Shown here: positions 31,268 to 40,905 of the stretch, one piece after another
Numbering within the stretch: the first letter of the stretch is position 1
How the letters are laid out: each line of letters begins with the position of its first letter
Assembly (NCBI GenBank): GCA_963697895.1
Contig: OY969100.1
Coordinates: 1,184,001 to 1,248,000 of the forward strand
DNA length: 64,000 bases
Source of the DNA: an uncultured Methanomicrobiales archaeon
GTDB lineage: Archaea; Halobacteriota; Methanomicrobia; Methanomicrobiales; Methanospirillaceae
Reading direction: 5' to 3'
Notes under the pieces: generated by a model
The model's database searches: none
The model's input: only the letters and a program-made list of their open reading frames with translations
What the model was told of the DNA's origin: nothing
Made by a program: the position numbers and the translations under genes

Positions 31268-31687
31268 ATGCGAAGAGATCTCCTTATCGTCGCCATCGTG
31301 GTTGTGGCTGTCGCAGTAATCGGGGTGATCCTGCTCTCCCTTTCCGGACCGGTCAATGCTGAAATTGCCTCGGTCGATACGGAAAAAGAACTCTACCATT
31401 CTGACGAGATCATGAATATTACCGTTGAGGTCAGTTCGACCGGAAACCTGGACAACGCGACCCTCATGATCGAGGGTATCCAGGATAAACATGGGAGGAC
31501 CCGCCTCTCCCATGAAATGCAGGTGAACCTCACCCCCGGGGAGAATAATTTCACCTATGACTACCAGCTGCCGGAATGTTCCTCCTGTGCGGGACTGAAT
31601 GCCGGAACCTATCAGGTTAACGTTACCCTGAGCCAGAACGGGACCGTCATTTCCAACGCAACGAAAACCGTGGAAATTCAGCAATAA
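31268..31687 (+). CDS. Membrane-anchored beta-sandwich-like hypothetical protein
   Basis: N-terminal TM, LPECSSCAGL..GTYQVNVTL. Confidence 0.7.
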   Translation: MRRDLLIVAIVVVAVAVIGVILLSLSGPVNAEIASVDTEKELYHSDEIMNITVEVSSTGNLDNATLMIEGIQDKHGRTRLSHEMQVNLTPGENNFTYDYQLPECSSCAGLNAGTYQVNVTLSQNGTVISNATKTVEIQQ

Positions 31688-31794
31688 CTTTTTTTGACAG
31701 GACTCGACTGCCCGGACCGGCCGGGGATCGGCCCACAAAGAGGCAGTAAAAACGCTTAAATATATCGGTCGGATAGTGACGGAGGTGTGAACGG

Positions 31795-32145
31795 ATGACG
31801 ATCAGGCTGAAACGGGCGTATGAACCACCGGCAGAAGATGACGGGTACCGCATCCTCGTGGAAAGGCTGTGGCCGCGGGGACTGTCAAAAGAGCGTGCAA
31901 AAATCGATCTCTGGATGAAAGAGGCGGGAGCGAGCCCTGAACTTCGCACCTGGTTTGGGCACGACCCGGAAAAATGGGAGGAGTTTCGCCGGAGATATTT
32001 CAGGGAGATCGGACAGCAGCCTGAGGTGCTGCGGGTGCTCCGGGATGCCATCCGGGAAAAAGGAACGGTGACTTTTGTCTTTGCGGCGCATGACGAGCGT
32101 CACAACAATGCCGTCGCCCTGAAAGAGTTCCTTGAACAGGGATAG
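31795..32145 (+). CDS. DUF488/YeaO family protein
   Basis: IRLKRAYEP..DDGYRILVERLWPRG, ELRTWFGHDP. Confidence 0.9.
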   Translation: MTIRLKRAYEPPAEDDGYRILVERLWPRGLSKERAKIDLWMKEAGASPELRTWFGHDPEKWEEFRRRYFREIGQQPEVLRVLRDAIREKGTVTFVFAAHDERHNNAVALKEFLEQG

Positions 32146-32285
32146 GTTCAACCCAGGGTATACCCCGATGAGTACAGCATAATCTGCTCTCCTTCCGGAG
32201 AAGAAACCTATTTAAGGTAAATGTACCATTGGTCACTAATCATGAGGGAGATAGATCGCAATACCTCGTGGTACGGGAGAAAAAA

Positions 32286-35200
32286 ATGAACAGTTCACTG
32301 CATACAAAAATACTACTTATCAGCATGATTGTTGTTTTATGCGCTTTCGTCTCACCGGCATTGGCGCAGGCAACAGCCCTGACCGCTTCGGCCACTCCAA
32401 CGAACGTTGCGGTTGGTCAGACGTTTGTTATCGATGGATTTTTAACCAACGCGACAACAGGAACCGGCTTGACCACCGAATTTGTTACGGTTGTGGTATC
32501 GGCTGACGGGGGGGTAACCTTCGTTCCGGCGGTCACGACGACTACGTTCACCGGCGGGGAATATCGGGCCACCCAGTCCCAGGCGATACCCGGGACATAC
32601 ATTTACGGTACGATCTATCAGGGATCGCTCAGTAATGACCCGGCAGTGAGTAACGGTGTTGCCGTTACCGTCGGGGCTCCAACCCGGGACGCCACGAGCC
32701 TCACGATCACCGCCACCCCGTCCAATCCGGCCGAGGGTGCGACATTCGTCCTCTCAGGCATCCTGATGGACCTGACCACCGGAACGGGGCTTTCAGGGCA
32801 GTTTGTTTCGGTCGAGGTCTCGAAGGATGACGGCGCTACCTGGAACCTGGCATCTACTACCGCCACCTTTGCCGGCGGAGCGTACAACGTGAACCAGGCA
32901 CAGGGTACCGCAGGGAACTATCTTTACCGGGCAAACTTTGCGGGAACGACCGACTTCGCGCCAATCATCAGTGATCCCCTGCTCGTGGTTGTCGGAGCCC
33001 CGCCGGGACCTGATCCTACAAGCATCTCGATCACCGCAACTCCCGCCAACCCGGCCGAGGGTGTGACATTCGTCCTCTCCGGTGCCTTGATGGATCTATC
33101 CACCGGCACAGGGCTGGCCGGACAGTTTGTCTCGGTCGAGGTCTCGACGAATAACGGAACCACCTGGAACCTGGCGTCCACGACCACCACCTTTACCGGG
33201 GGCGCGTACGCGGTGAACCAGGCGCAGAACGCCGCAGGAAACTATCTTTACCGGGCAAACTATGCAGGAACTACGGACTTTGCTGCAGTAATCAGTGATC
33301 CCCTGCTCGTGGTTGTCGGAGCCCCGCCGGGACCTGATCCTACAAGCATCTCGATCACCGCAACTCCCGCCAACCCGGCTGAGGGTGCGGCATTCGTCCT
33401 CTCCGGCACCCTGACTGACCTGACCACCGGTACGGGACTGCCCGGCCAGTTTGTTTCGGTCGAAGTCTCTACGAATAATGGCACCACCTGGAACCTGGCA
33501 TCCACGACCACCACCTTTACCGGGGGCGCGTACGCGGTGAACCAGGCGCAGAACGCCGCAGGAAACTATCTCTACCGGGCAAACTATGCAGGAACTACGG
33601 ACTTTGCTGCAGTAGTCAGTGACCCCCTGCTCGTGGTTGTCGGTGCGCCTCCCGGACCAGATCCGACCTCGATTACGATCACCTCTACACCGTCGAATCC
33701 CGCTGAGGGCGCAACCTTTGTCCTCGACGGGTTCTTGATGGATACTGCAACCGGTACAGGACTGGCCGGACAGTTCGTCTCGGTCGAGGTCTCCACGAAC
33801 AATGGCACAACCTGGAACCTGGCGGAGACCACCACTACTTTCACGGGTGGAGAGTACGCCGTTGACCAGGCACAGGCTGCCGCAGGAAACTATCTTTACC
33901 GCGCAAACTTTGCGGGAACTACGGACTTTGCCACGGTAATCAGCGACCCGCTGCTCGTTGTTGTCGGGGCACCTCCCGGACCAGATCCCACCACGATCAC
34001 GATCACATCGACGCCAACGAACCCTGCTGAGGGAGCGACCTTCGTCCTCGACGGCTTCCTGACCGACCTGACCACGGGAGCAGGGTTAGCCGGCCAGTTT
34101 GTTTCGGTCGAAGTCTCTACGAATAATGGCACCACCTGGAACCTGGCATCCACGACCACCACCTTTACCGGGGGCGCGTACGCGGTGAACCAGGCGCAGA
34201 ACGCCGCAGGAAACTACCTATACCGGGCAAACTATGCAGGAACTACGGACTTTGCTGCAGTGATCAGTGATCCCCTGCTCGTTGTTGTCGGGGCACCTCC
34301 CGGACCAGATCCGACCTCGATTACGATCACCTCTACACCGTCGAACCCTGCTGAGGGTGCTACATTCGTCCTCGATGGGTTCCTGACCGACCTGACCACG
34401 GGAGCAGGGTTAGCCGGTCAGTTTGTTTCGGTCGAGGTTTCCGCAAATAACGGGACCACCTGGAACCTGGCGGAGACCACCACTACTTTCACGGGTGGAG
34501 AGTACGCCGTTGACCAGGCACAGGCCGCCGCAGGAAACTATCTTTACCGCGCAAACTTTGCGGGAACTACGGACTTTGCCGCGGTAATCAGCGACCCGCT
34601 GCTCGTTGTTGTCGGGGCACCTCCCGGACCAGATCCGACCTCGATTACGATCACCTCTACACCGTCGAACCCTGCTGAGGGTGCTACATTTGTCCTCGAT
34701 GGGTTCCTGACCGACCTGACCACAGGAGCTGGCTTGGCCGGACAGTTTGTTTCGGTCGAGGTTTCCGCAAATAACGGGACCACCTGGAACCTGGCGGAGA
34801 CCACCACTACTTTCACGGGTGGAGAGTACGCCGTTGACCAGGCACAGGCCGCCGCAGGAAACTATCTTTACCGGGCGAATTATGCGGGAACAACCGACTT
34901 CGCGGCGGTGATCAGCGACCCGCTGCTCGTTGTTGTCGGAGCACCTCCCGGACCAGATCCCACCACGATCACGATCACATCGACGCCAACGAACCCTGCT
35001 GAGGGAGCGACCTTCGTCCTCGATGGGTTCCTGACCGACCTGACCACAGGAGCTGGCTTGGCCGGACAGTTCGTCTCGGTTGAGGTCTCTACAAATAACG
35101 GAACCACCTGGAACCTGGCATCCACTACCTCCACCTTTACTGGTGGTGAGTATACTGTGAACCAGGCACAGGCTGCCGCAGGAAACTATCTTTACCGCGC

Positions 35201-36509
35201 AAACTTTGCGGGAACTACGGACTTTGCCGCGGTAATCAGCGACCCGCTGCTCGTTGTTGTCGGGGCACCTCCCGGACCAGATCCGACCTCGATTACGATC
35301 ACATCGACACCGTCGAACCCTGCTGAGGGAGCGACCTTCGTCCTCGACGGCTTCCTGACCGACCTGACCACAGGAGCTGGCTTGGCCGGACAGTTCGTCT
35401 CGGTTGAGGTTTCTACAAATAATGGAACCACCTGGAACCTGGCATCCACTACCTCCACCTTTACTGGTGGTGAGTATACTGTGAACCAGGCACAGGCCGC
35501 CGCAGGAAACTATCTTTACCGCGCAAATTATGCAGGAACTACGGACTTTGCTGCAGTGATCAGTGACCCGCTGCTCGTTGTTGTCGGTGCGCCTCCCGGA
35601 CCAGATCCGACCTCGATTACGATCACATCGACACCGTCGAACCCCGCTGAGGGTGCTACCTTCGTCCTCGACGGCTTCCTGACCGACCTGACCACGGGAG
35701 CTGGCTTGGCCGGACAGTTCGTCTCGGTCGAAGTTTCTACAAATAACGGAACCACCTGGAACCTGGCATCTAGTACAACTACATTCACCGGTGGAGAATA
35801 CACCGTGAACCAGGCACAGGCCGCCGCAGGAAACTATCTTTACCGGGCGAACTATGCGGGAACAACCGACTTCGCGCCGGTAATCAGCGATCCGGTGACG
35901 GTCACGGTCGGGGCACCCCCCGGGCCCGATCCCACAGCGATCAACATTACCGCAACACCAACAAACCCGGCTACGGGTGCGACATTCGTTATCGATGGCT
36001 TCCTGACTGATACCGCAACCGGATCCGGAATCGCTGATCAGTTCGTCTCGGTCGAAGTTTCGATCGATAACGGAACCACCTGGAACCTGGCATCCAGTAC
36101 CACCACCTTCACCGGCGGAGAGTATACCGTGAACCAGGCACAGGCAACTGCGGACACTTACCTTTACCGGGCGAACTATGCGGGAACAACAGACTTCGCT
36201 CCGGTAATCAGCGATCCGGTTACGGTCACGGTCGGGGCGGCATCTGCGTTAGTGGCAGTCTCACCGAATTCCGCAGGATTAGTCTCAAGCCCAGCAGTAT
36301 CACCAGGCATTCAGCAGGTAATATCCTCCCCGTCTCTAGTGACACCGGCAGGTCTCCTCTATGGTCCCGGAGACCTCCCCGTCATTCAGCCGGTAATCGT
36401 TCAGCCGGTATATTCCCCGCAGGCCCCGTTGACCCCGACCAATATCCTCTATAATTCAGCCGCTCCACAGACTGTTCCGATAGTCACCGGATCGTATCTG
36501 AGTTATTAG
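32286..36509 (+). CDS. Secreted protein with 12 tandem 108-aa Ig-like repeats
   Basis: Signal peptide ending PALA; 324-bp periodicity; each unit ends VVGAPPGPD or similar; Pro-rich tail. Confidence 0.9.
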   Translation: MNSSLHTKILLISMIVVLCAFVSPALAQATALTASATPTNVAVGQTFVIDGFLTNATTGTGLTTEFVTVVVSADGGVTFVPAVTTTTFTGGEYRATQSQAIPGTYIYGTIYQGSLSNDPAVSNGVAVTVGAPTRDATSLTITATPSNPAEGATFVLSGILMDLTTGTGLSGQFVSVEVSKDDGATWNLASTTATFAGGAYNVNQAQGTAGNYLYRANFAGTTDFAPIISDPLLVVVGAPPGPDPTSISITATPANPAEGVTFVLSGALMDLSTGTGLAGQFVSVEVSTNNGTTWNLASTTTTFTGGAYAVNQAQNAAGNYLYRANYAGTTDFAAVISDPLLVVVGAPPGPDPTSISITATPANPAEGAAFVLSGTLTDLTTGTGLPGQFVSVEVSTNNGTTWNLASTTTTFTGGAYAVNQAQNAAGNYLYRANYAGTTDFAAVVSDPLLVVVGAPPGPDPTSITITSTPSNPAEGATFVLDGFLMDTATGTGLAGQFVSVEVSTNNGTTWNLAETTTTFTGGEYAVDQAQAAAGNYLYRANFAGTTDFATVISDPLLVVVGAPPGPDPTTITITSTPTNPAEGATFVLDGFLTDLTTGAGLAGQFVSVEVSTNNGTTWNLASTTTTFTGGAYAVNQAQNAAGNYLYRANYAGTTDFAAVISDPLLVVVGAPPGPDPTSITITSTPSNPAEGATFVLDGFLTDLTTGAGLAGQFVSVEVSANNGTTWNLAETTTTFTGGEYAVDQAQAAAGNYLYRANFAGTTDFAAVISDPLLVVVGAPPGPDPTSITITSTPSNPAEGATFVLDGFLTDLTTGAGLAGQFVSVEVSANNGTTWNLAETTTTFTGGEYAVDQAQAAAGNYLYRANYAGTTDFAAVISDPLLVVVGAPPGPDPTTITITSTPTNPAEGATFVLDGFLTDLTTGAGLAGQFVSVEVSTNNGTTWNLASTTSTFTGGEYTVNQAQAAAGNYLYRANFAGTTDFAAVISDPLLVVVGAPPGPDPTSITITSTPSNPAEGATFVLDGFLTDLTTGAGLAGQFVSVEVSTNNGTTWNLASTTSTFTGGEYTVNQAQAAAGNYLYRANYAGTTDFAAVISDPLLVVVGAPPGPDPTSITITSTPSNPAEGATFVLDGFLTDLTTGAGLAGQFVSVEVSTNNGTTWNLASSTTTFTGGEYTVNQAQAAAGNYLYRANYAGTTDFAPVISDPVTVTVGAPPGPDPTAINITATPTNPATGATFVIDGFLTDTATGSGIADQFVSVEVSIDNGTTWNLASSTTTFTGGEYTVNQAQATADTYLYRANYAGTTDFAPVISDPVTVTVGAASALVAVSPNSAGLVSSPAVSPGIQQVISSPSLVTPAGLLYGPGDLPVIQPVIVQPVYSPQAPLTPTNILYNSAAPQTVPIVTGSYLSY

Positions 36510-36625
36510 TATCCATCCCCCCTTTTTTTTACCTGCTGCTCTGTGGTGGAACTAACAGGAGACAGAGATTTATATGCATCCCCGCCTTGATCGGGGATAT
36601 CGAACAACTAGTGGAGATGAATATA

Positions 36626-37198
36626 ATGAAAATTTCGATCGGACCGAAAACGTCCCTGTACCCGGATCCGGTATTAATCGTGGGAACGTATGATCGCGAA
36701 GGGAACCCGAACGCCATGACGGCTGCGTGGGGAGGAATCTGCTGTTCAAACCCTCCCTGCATTGCGGTCTCCGTGCAGCCACCCCGCCATTCCTTCACGG
36801 CGCTGATGGAACAAAAATCATTCACGGTCAGTATCCCCTCGACAAAATACGTCAAAGAGGTGGATTATCTCGGGGTCACGTCCGGGAAGAATACGAATAA
36901 GTTCGCTGATACCGGCCTCACGCCGGTGAGAAGCGAACTCGTGAATGCACCCTATGTCGGCGAATTTCCCGTCGTCCTCGAATGCGATGTCATCAGGATC
37001 TTCGATCTGGGGATGCATACCCAGTTCATCGGGGAGATCATCGACGTCAAAGTCGACGAGGGTGTCATGGGACCTGATGGGAAGCCTGATGTCCAGAAGA
37101 TCCAGCCGTTCTGTTACGATCACCTGAGACAGGAATATTATGGGATCGGAAAGGTGGTCGGAAAAGCTTTTTCAGACGGGAGGACGCTCAAAAAATAG
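36626..37198 (+). CDS. Flavin reductase family protein
   Basis: PVLIVGTY, NAMTAAWGG, APYVGEFPVVLEC, HTQFIGEI. Confidence 0.9.
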   Translation: MKISIGPKTSLYPDPVLIVGTYDREGNPNAMTAAWGGICCSNPPCIAVSVQPPRHSFTALMEQKSFTVSIPSTKYVKEVDYLGVTSGKNTNKFADTGLTPVRSELVNAPYVGEFPVVLECDVIRIFDLGMHTQFIGEIIDVKVDEGVMGPDGKPDVQKIQPFCYDHLRQEYYGIGKVVGKAFSDGRTLKK

Positions 37199-37274
37199 GT
37201 AATATAAGCCGATATATCTGAATATTCCCTTTATTCCGGATAGAGAATCCAATCTGAGTTGGGAGAACAGGAGG

Positions 37275-38210
37275 TCAGCAATTCTCCGCACCAGCGAATC
37301 CCCGGTGCAAACCCTCCTTCTTCGCACATTCTATCGCGTACCGGTATTCAGCGGTCGAGACAGCCCGCTGCATGCGCATGTAGAGCGGATGCTCCGGTTC
37401 TTCGAGGATGTGCCAGACCGGCCGGTATTGCGCCATGATATTGACATAGCTCTCCCGGGAGATTTCCCGGGCGATGAACGCCATGACGAGTTCGCTGTTC
37501 GCAAGGTCGTCCGGCAGGACCAGGTGCCGGATGATCAGTCCCCGGACCGCAATGCCGTCCTGGCATACGAGATCCCCAGCCTGCCGGTGCATCTCCCGGA
37601 GGGCGTCCTTCATGACGCCCGGATAGTCGGGGATCCCCGAGAGTACGAGGCCGACCTCGTCCCGGCCGTATTTCGTGTCCGGCATATAGATGTCGACGAT
37701 CCCGTTGAGGAGGGCAAGGGTACCTGCGGTGTCATATGTCCCGGTGTTGTACACCAGCGGGATCGCAAGCCCCCGGGACGCGGCGATCTCCGTTGCCGCG
37801 ATGATCTGGGGCACCACGTGGGTCGGAGAGACCATGTTGATGTTATGGCATCCCATATCCTGCAGGTCGAGCATTATTCCGGCCAGCTCCTCGATGCCGA
37901 CCTCCCGGCCGCATCCCTGCTGGCTTATCTCGTAGTTCTGGCAAAAGGCACAACGGAGGTTGCAGTGGGTAAAAAATATCGTGCCGGAACCGCACCTGCC
38001 GACCAGCGGAGGTTCTTCCCCGAAGTGCGGGCCGAAACTCGATATCATCGGCAACCTCCCCGTCCGGCAGAAGCCCCGCTCGCCCGCGTTCCGGTCTACC
38101 CCGCATTGCCGGGGGCATATCGTGCAGGAGGAGAGAATTTGTTCCGCCTTCTTCACCCTCTCCTGGAGTTCGCCCGTCCGGTGCAGGCCGATATAGGACG
38201 GCGATGACAT
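37275..38210 (-). CDS. Radical SAM protein (PflX-like)
   Basis: CTICPRQCGVDR, PHFGEEPPL, CNLRCAFCQN. Confidence 0.9.
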   Translation of the reverse strand: MSSPSYIGLHRTGELQERVKKAEQILSSCTICPRQCGVDRNAGERGFCRTGRLPMISSFGPHFGEEPPLVGRCGSGTIFFTHCNLRCAFCQNYEISQQGCGREVGIEELAGIMLDLQDMGCHNINMVSPTHVVPQIIAATEIAASRGLAIPLVYNTGTYDTAGTLALLNGIVDIYMPDTKYGRDEVGLVLSGIPDYPGVMKDALREMHRQAGDLVCQDGIAVRGLIIRHLVLPDDLANSELVMAFIAREISRESYVNIMAQYRPVWHILEEPEHPLYMRMQRAVSTAEYRYAIECAKKEGLHRGFAGAENC

Positions 38211-38266
38211 AGACAGAGATCTCTCTTTCCATGAGAAGATGTTTCCTCCTCCGGGGAATTCCCTTC

Positions 38267-39121
38267 TCACACCCTTATGAACAGAAAATCCCCGTCACAC
38301 CGGATGAACCCTTCTCCCACCAGGGCTCCGATGATCCGTTCCAGTCTCTCCCGTTCGCACCCGATCCTGCGATCCAGATCCGGAACGGGGATACCGGGTT
38401 CGGCCAGAACGATTCTGATTATCTCTCCCCTGATACGCCTGTCGGAACCCGCGAAAGGGGGTTGGCGCTGGTAATGGCGGCTCCTCCGGTTTGGATTTGG
38501 TACCGATCTCTTGAGATACGACCCGTAGTCCATCAGGGCATAATACCATTCCCGCGGGTTTTCCCGGTCAAGGGTCTCCCCAACAAGAGGCAGGATCTCA
38601 GTGTCGTGCACCTCTTCCCGGTCCGGGAAGAAACAGTGGATGAAGACCCGTCGGATATTGGTCTCGATGAAGACGACCGGCCGGTCATACGCGAATGCGA
38701 CGATAGAACCGGCGGTTGCTCTCCCGATCCCCGGGAGTCTCCCGAGAACTTCCGGATCGTCGGGAAGCATCCCGGCGTATTCCATGACTATGATCCGGGC
38801 GATCTCCTTTAAGAATTTTGCACGGCGATTATATCCCATTCCCTGCCAGAACCGCAGTATCTCCGGAAACGGCGCCGAGGCAAGGCTCCCGAAATCCGGA
38901 AACGCATGGATGAACCCGGGATATTTCACCATGACCCGTTCGACCTGCGTCTGCTGGAGCATGATCTCTGAAACGAGAACCGCATAGGGGTCTTTCTGAT
39001 TCCGCCAGGGCATCTCCCGACGGTGCTTCCGGTGGAACCGGTACAACTGCTCCCTGAACCGGTCGATCCGTCCGGGTGAGAGGAGATTGTTCGTCACGAT
39101 ATCAACTCGATCTCCGGCCAA
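38267..39121 (-). CDS. MutY-like HhH-GPD DNA glycosylase
   Basis: VSEIMLQQTQV, WQGMGYNRRA, LPGIGRATA; no Fe-S cysteine motif. Confidence 0.85.
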   Translation of the reverse strand: MAGDRVDIVTNNLLSPGRIDRFREQLYRFHRKHRREMPWRNQKDPYAVLVSEIMLQQTQVERVMVKYPGFIHAFPDFGSLASAPFPEILRFWQGMGYNRRAKFLKEIARIIVMEYAGMLPDDPEVLGRLPGIGRATAGSIVAFAYDRPVVFIETNIRRVFIHCFFPDREEVHDTEILPLVGETLDRENPREWYYALMDYGSYLKRSVPNPNRRSRHYQRQPPFAGSDRRIRGEIIRIVLAEPGIPVPDLDRRIGCERERLERIIGALVGEGFIRCDGDFLFIRV

Positions 39122-39205
39122 TGCAGAAATACCGGACGGATGGGATTCATACCGCAGATCTCTTCAGGACCTTCCGGCTCGGACCGTCATCTCGCTGAAA
39201 AGAAG

Positions 39206-39610
39206 TTAAATAAGTTTCTTTCCCGCATTGCCGCCCGGCATGCACTCGAAGACATCGGTTATTTTCACGACGATCAGGGATCTTGCCGGCAGTGCAGGGT
39301 TTTTCTTGTTGATCTTCGCCTTCATCTCGTCGTATTCCTTCCCCTTCGTGGAGATGGTGGTTGCCCCTTTGATCTGGTAGCATCCCTTGATCTCCGGGCC
39401 CCAGAGGTACAGGGAAATCTTCGGGTTCTCTTTCAGATTGTCCATGGTCTTTTTCATGAAGTTATCCGTGATCCAGATCGTATCGTCATGAACCAGTTCG
39501 ACGATCCCGAGAGGGATCACGTTCGGCGTCCCGTCCTTCGATGCGGTTGCGACCGGAAATATCTTCATCTTTTTGAATGCCTCTTTCATCTCTTCGTTCA
39601 GTTTCACCAT
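39206..39610 (-). CDS. Pyridoxamine 5'-phosphate oxidase family protein
   Basis: ATASKDGTPNV, DNFMKKTMDNLKENP, YQIKG. Confidence 0.9.
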   Translation of the reverse strand: MVKLNEEMKEAFKKMKIFPVATASKDGTPNVIPLGIVELVHDDTIWITDNFMKKTMDNLKENPKISLYLWGPEIKGCYQIKGATTISTKGKEYDEMKAKINKKNPALPARSLIVVKITDVFECMPGGNAGKKLI

Positions 39611-39763
39611 GCGGAGTTCACCGGGGTATCATCAGATATTCATTCTTATATACCTTGGTGTCCGGGGTAAATCCCCGGTATATCCAGGAATATGGGAAGA
39701 GGGAATGTCCCTGAAAAGATCCATTCCGGATTGAACGGGAAGGGGGAATGTCCCCCTTCAGTG

Positions 39764-40261
39764 TTAATAATAGGGATTGAATGAGTAGAGGGGAATCTGC
39801 GGCGTTGCAATATACGGGATATTGAATACGGGTGGGGCATAGGAGATGCCGGTAAAGATGTCGACCGGTGATACCGGGTCCGAAACCAGGTATTGCGGCT
39901 GCATGATGCTTTGATCATTTAAGGTCCATGACGGTCCCTCGGTATTCCAGTGCCGGTAATCCCAGCTCGTCGATTCATTTCCCCTCGTCATGTCGAAGAG
40001 CGTGTGAGCGGTATAGTCGTCCAGGTTTTCAAAGGTCTTCGACTGTTTCCATTCGTACGTCTTCGCCGAGTCCCCGGTCCCTTCGGACCAGATAAGACTG
40101 ACAGTCTCATTTACGACGGCATCGCCCGATATCATCGAATTTATCTTCACGTGGGCATTGTCAATCGGAACATTGGGGGATGCCAGAGCGGGAATGGACA
40201 GGATAGCCCCGATAAAAAGCGCCGTGACCATCATGAATGTGGATATTTTCAATGCTATCAC
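39764..40261 (-). CDS. Secreted hypothetical protein with Pro/Tyr-rich tail
   Basis: Signal peptide ending IPALA; tail YAPPVFNIPYIATPQIPLYSFNPYY. Confidence 0.65.
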   Translation of the reverse strand: MIALKISTFMMVTALFIGAILSIPALASPNVPIDNAHVKINSMISGDAVVNETVSLIWSEGTGDSAKTYEWKQSKTFENLDDYTAHTLFDMTRGNESTSWDYRHWNTEGPSWTLNDQSIMQPQYLVSDPVSPVDIFTGISYAPPVFNIPYIATPQIPLYSFNPYY

Positions 40262-40549
40262 CTCTCGGTATCCGGCTCTCGGAGCCGCATGAGCAGTACT
40301 CAGCGGGAACGGTTAAAGGGCTTCTGGTTACAGAACCGGGCGGTTATAGGGATTTCCTTTCCGGTACAATGCACCTATGCTCCTGAACGGTACTCCGGTT
40401 AAGACGCGCTCCCCCTTCCCGAAAAACCGGTCTTTGTCCAAGGGAAACTTGCAGTTGGGAAATTATGATGCCCGGCGCTTGCACGAAAGGAATAAAAAGG
40501 GATGTTGTTCCTCCGGTACATTCACTCCCATCTTCACCGGGCGGCTTCA

Positions 40550-40870
40550 TCATAGACTCTTCTTCACAAGGGGCAGTATTGGAGAGAGACCCCCTTTTTC
40601 CGGGAGGAGGACCTGCACCCATGCAGCAACGATTCCACCATGCCCGGTGACCGGAACCGTGCGGAAATGCTTTGCGACCTCTTCACGGTCGGTCTCCGTC
40701 AATTTCGTCAGGATGATCCCGCCGGTGACCAGGAGTGCGAAGACCCTCCCGTTCACGATATACCCAGGGAGACCGAAAATTGCCTTCGTGGTCACTCCGG
40801 GCCACCGGAAGATCTCTCGCTCCAGAGAAATACGGATCGCGTGCATCGCCTCTTCGGAATACGTATCCAT
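40550..40870 (-). CDS. TfoX N-terminal-like protein (probable frameshift at ~40555; corrected end 40534)
   Basis: WPGVTTKAIFGLPGY.VNGRVFA; removing one base gives ...VKKSYDEAAR*. Confidence 0.7.
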   Translation of the reverse strand: MDTYSEEAMHAIRISLEREIFRWPGVTTKAIFGLPGYIVNGRVFALLVTGGIILTKLTETDREEVAKHFRTVPVTGHGGIVAAWVQVLLPEKGGLSPILPLVKKSL

Positions 40871-40905
40871 ATGATTCCGGGTAGGTCAACGATGCTTTTA
40901 ATGGT

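Noticed and set aside
32417-35803. Array of similar 60-90 aa minus-strand ORFs
   Set aside because: Antisense reflections of the 324-bp repeats of the large secreted protein.
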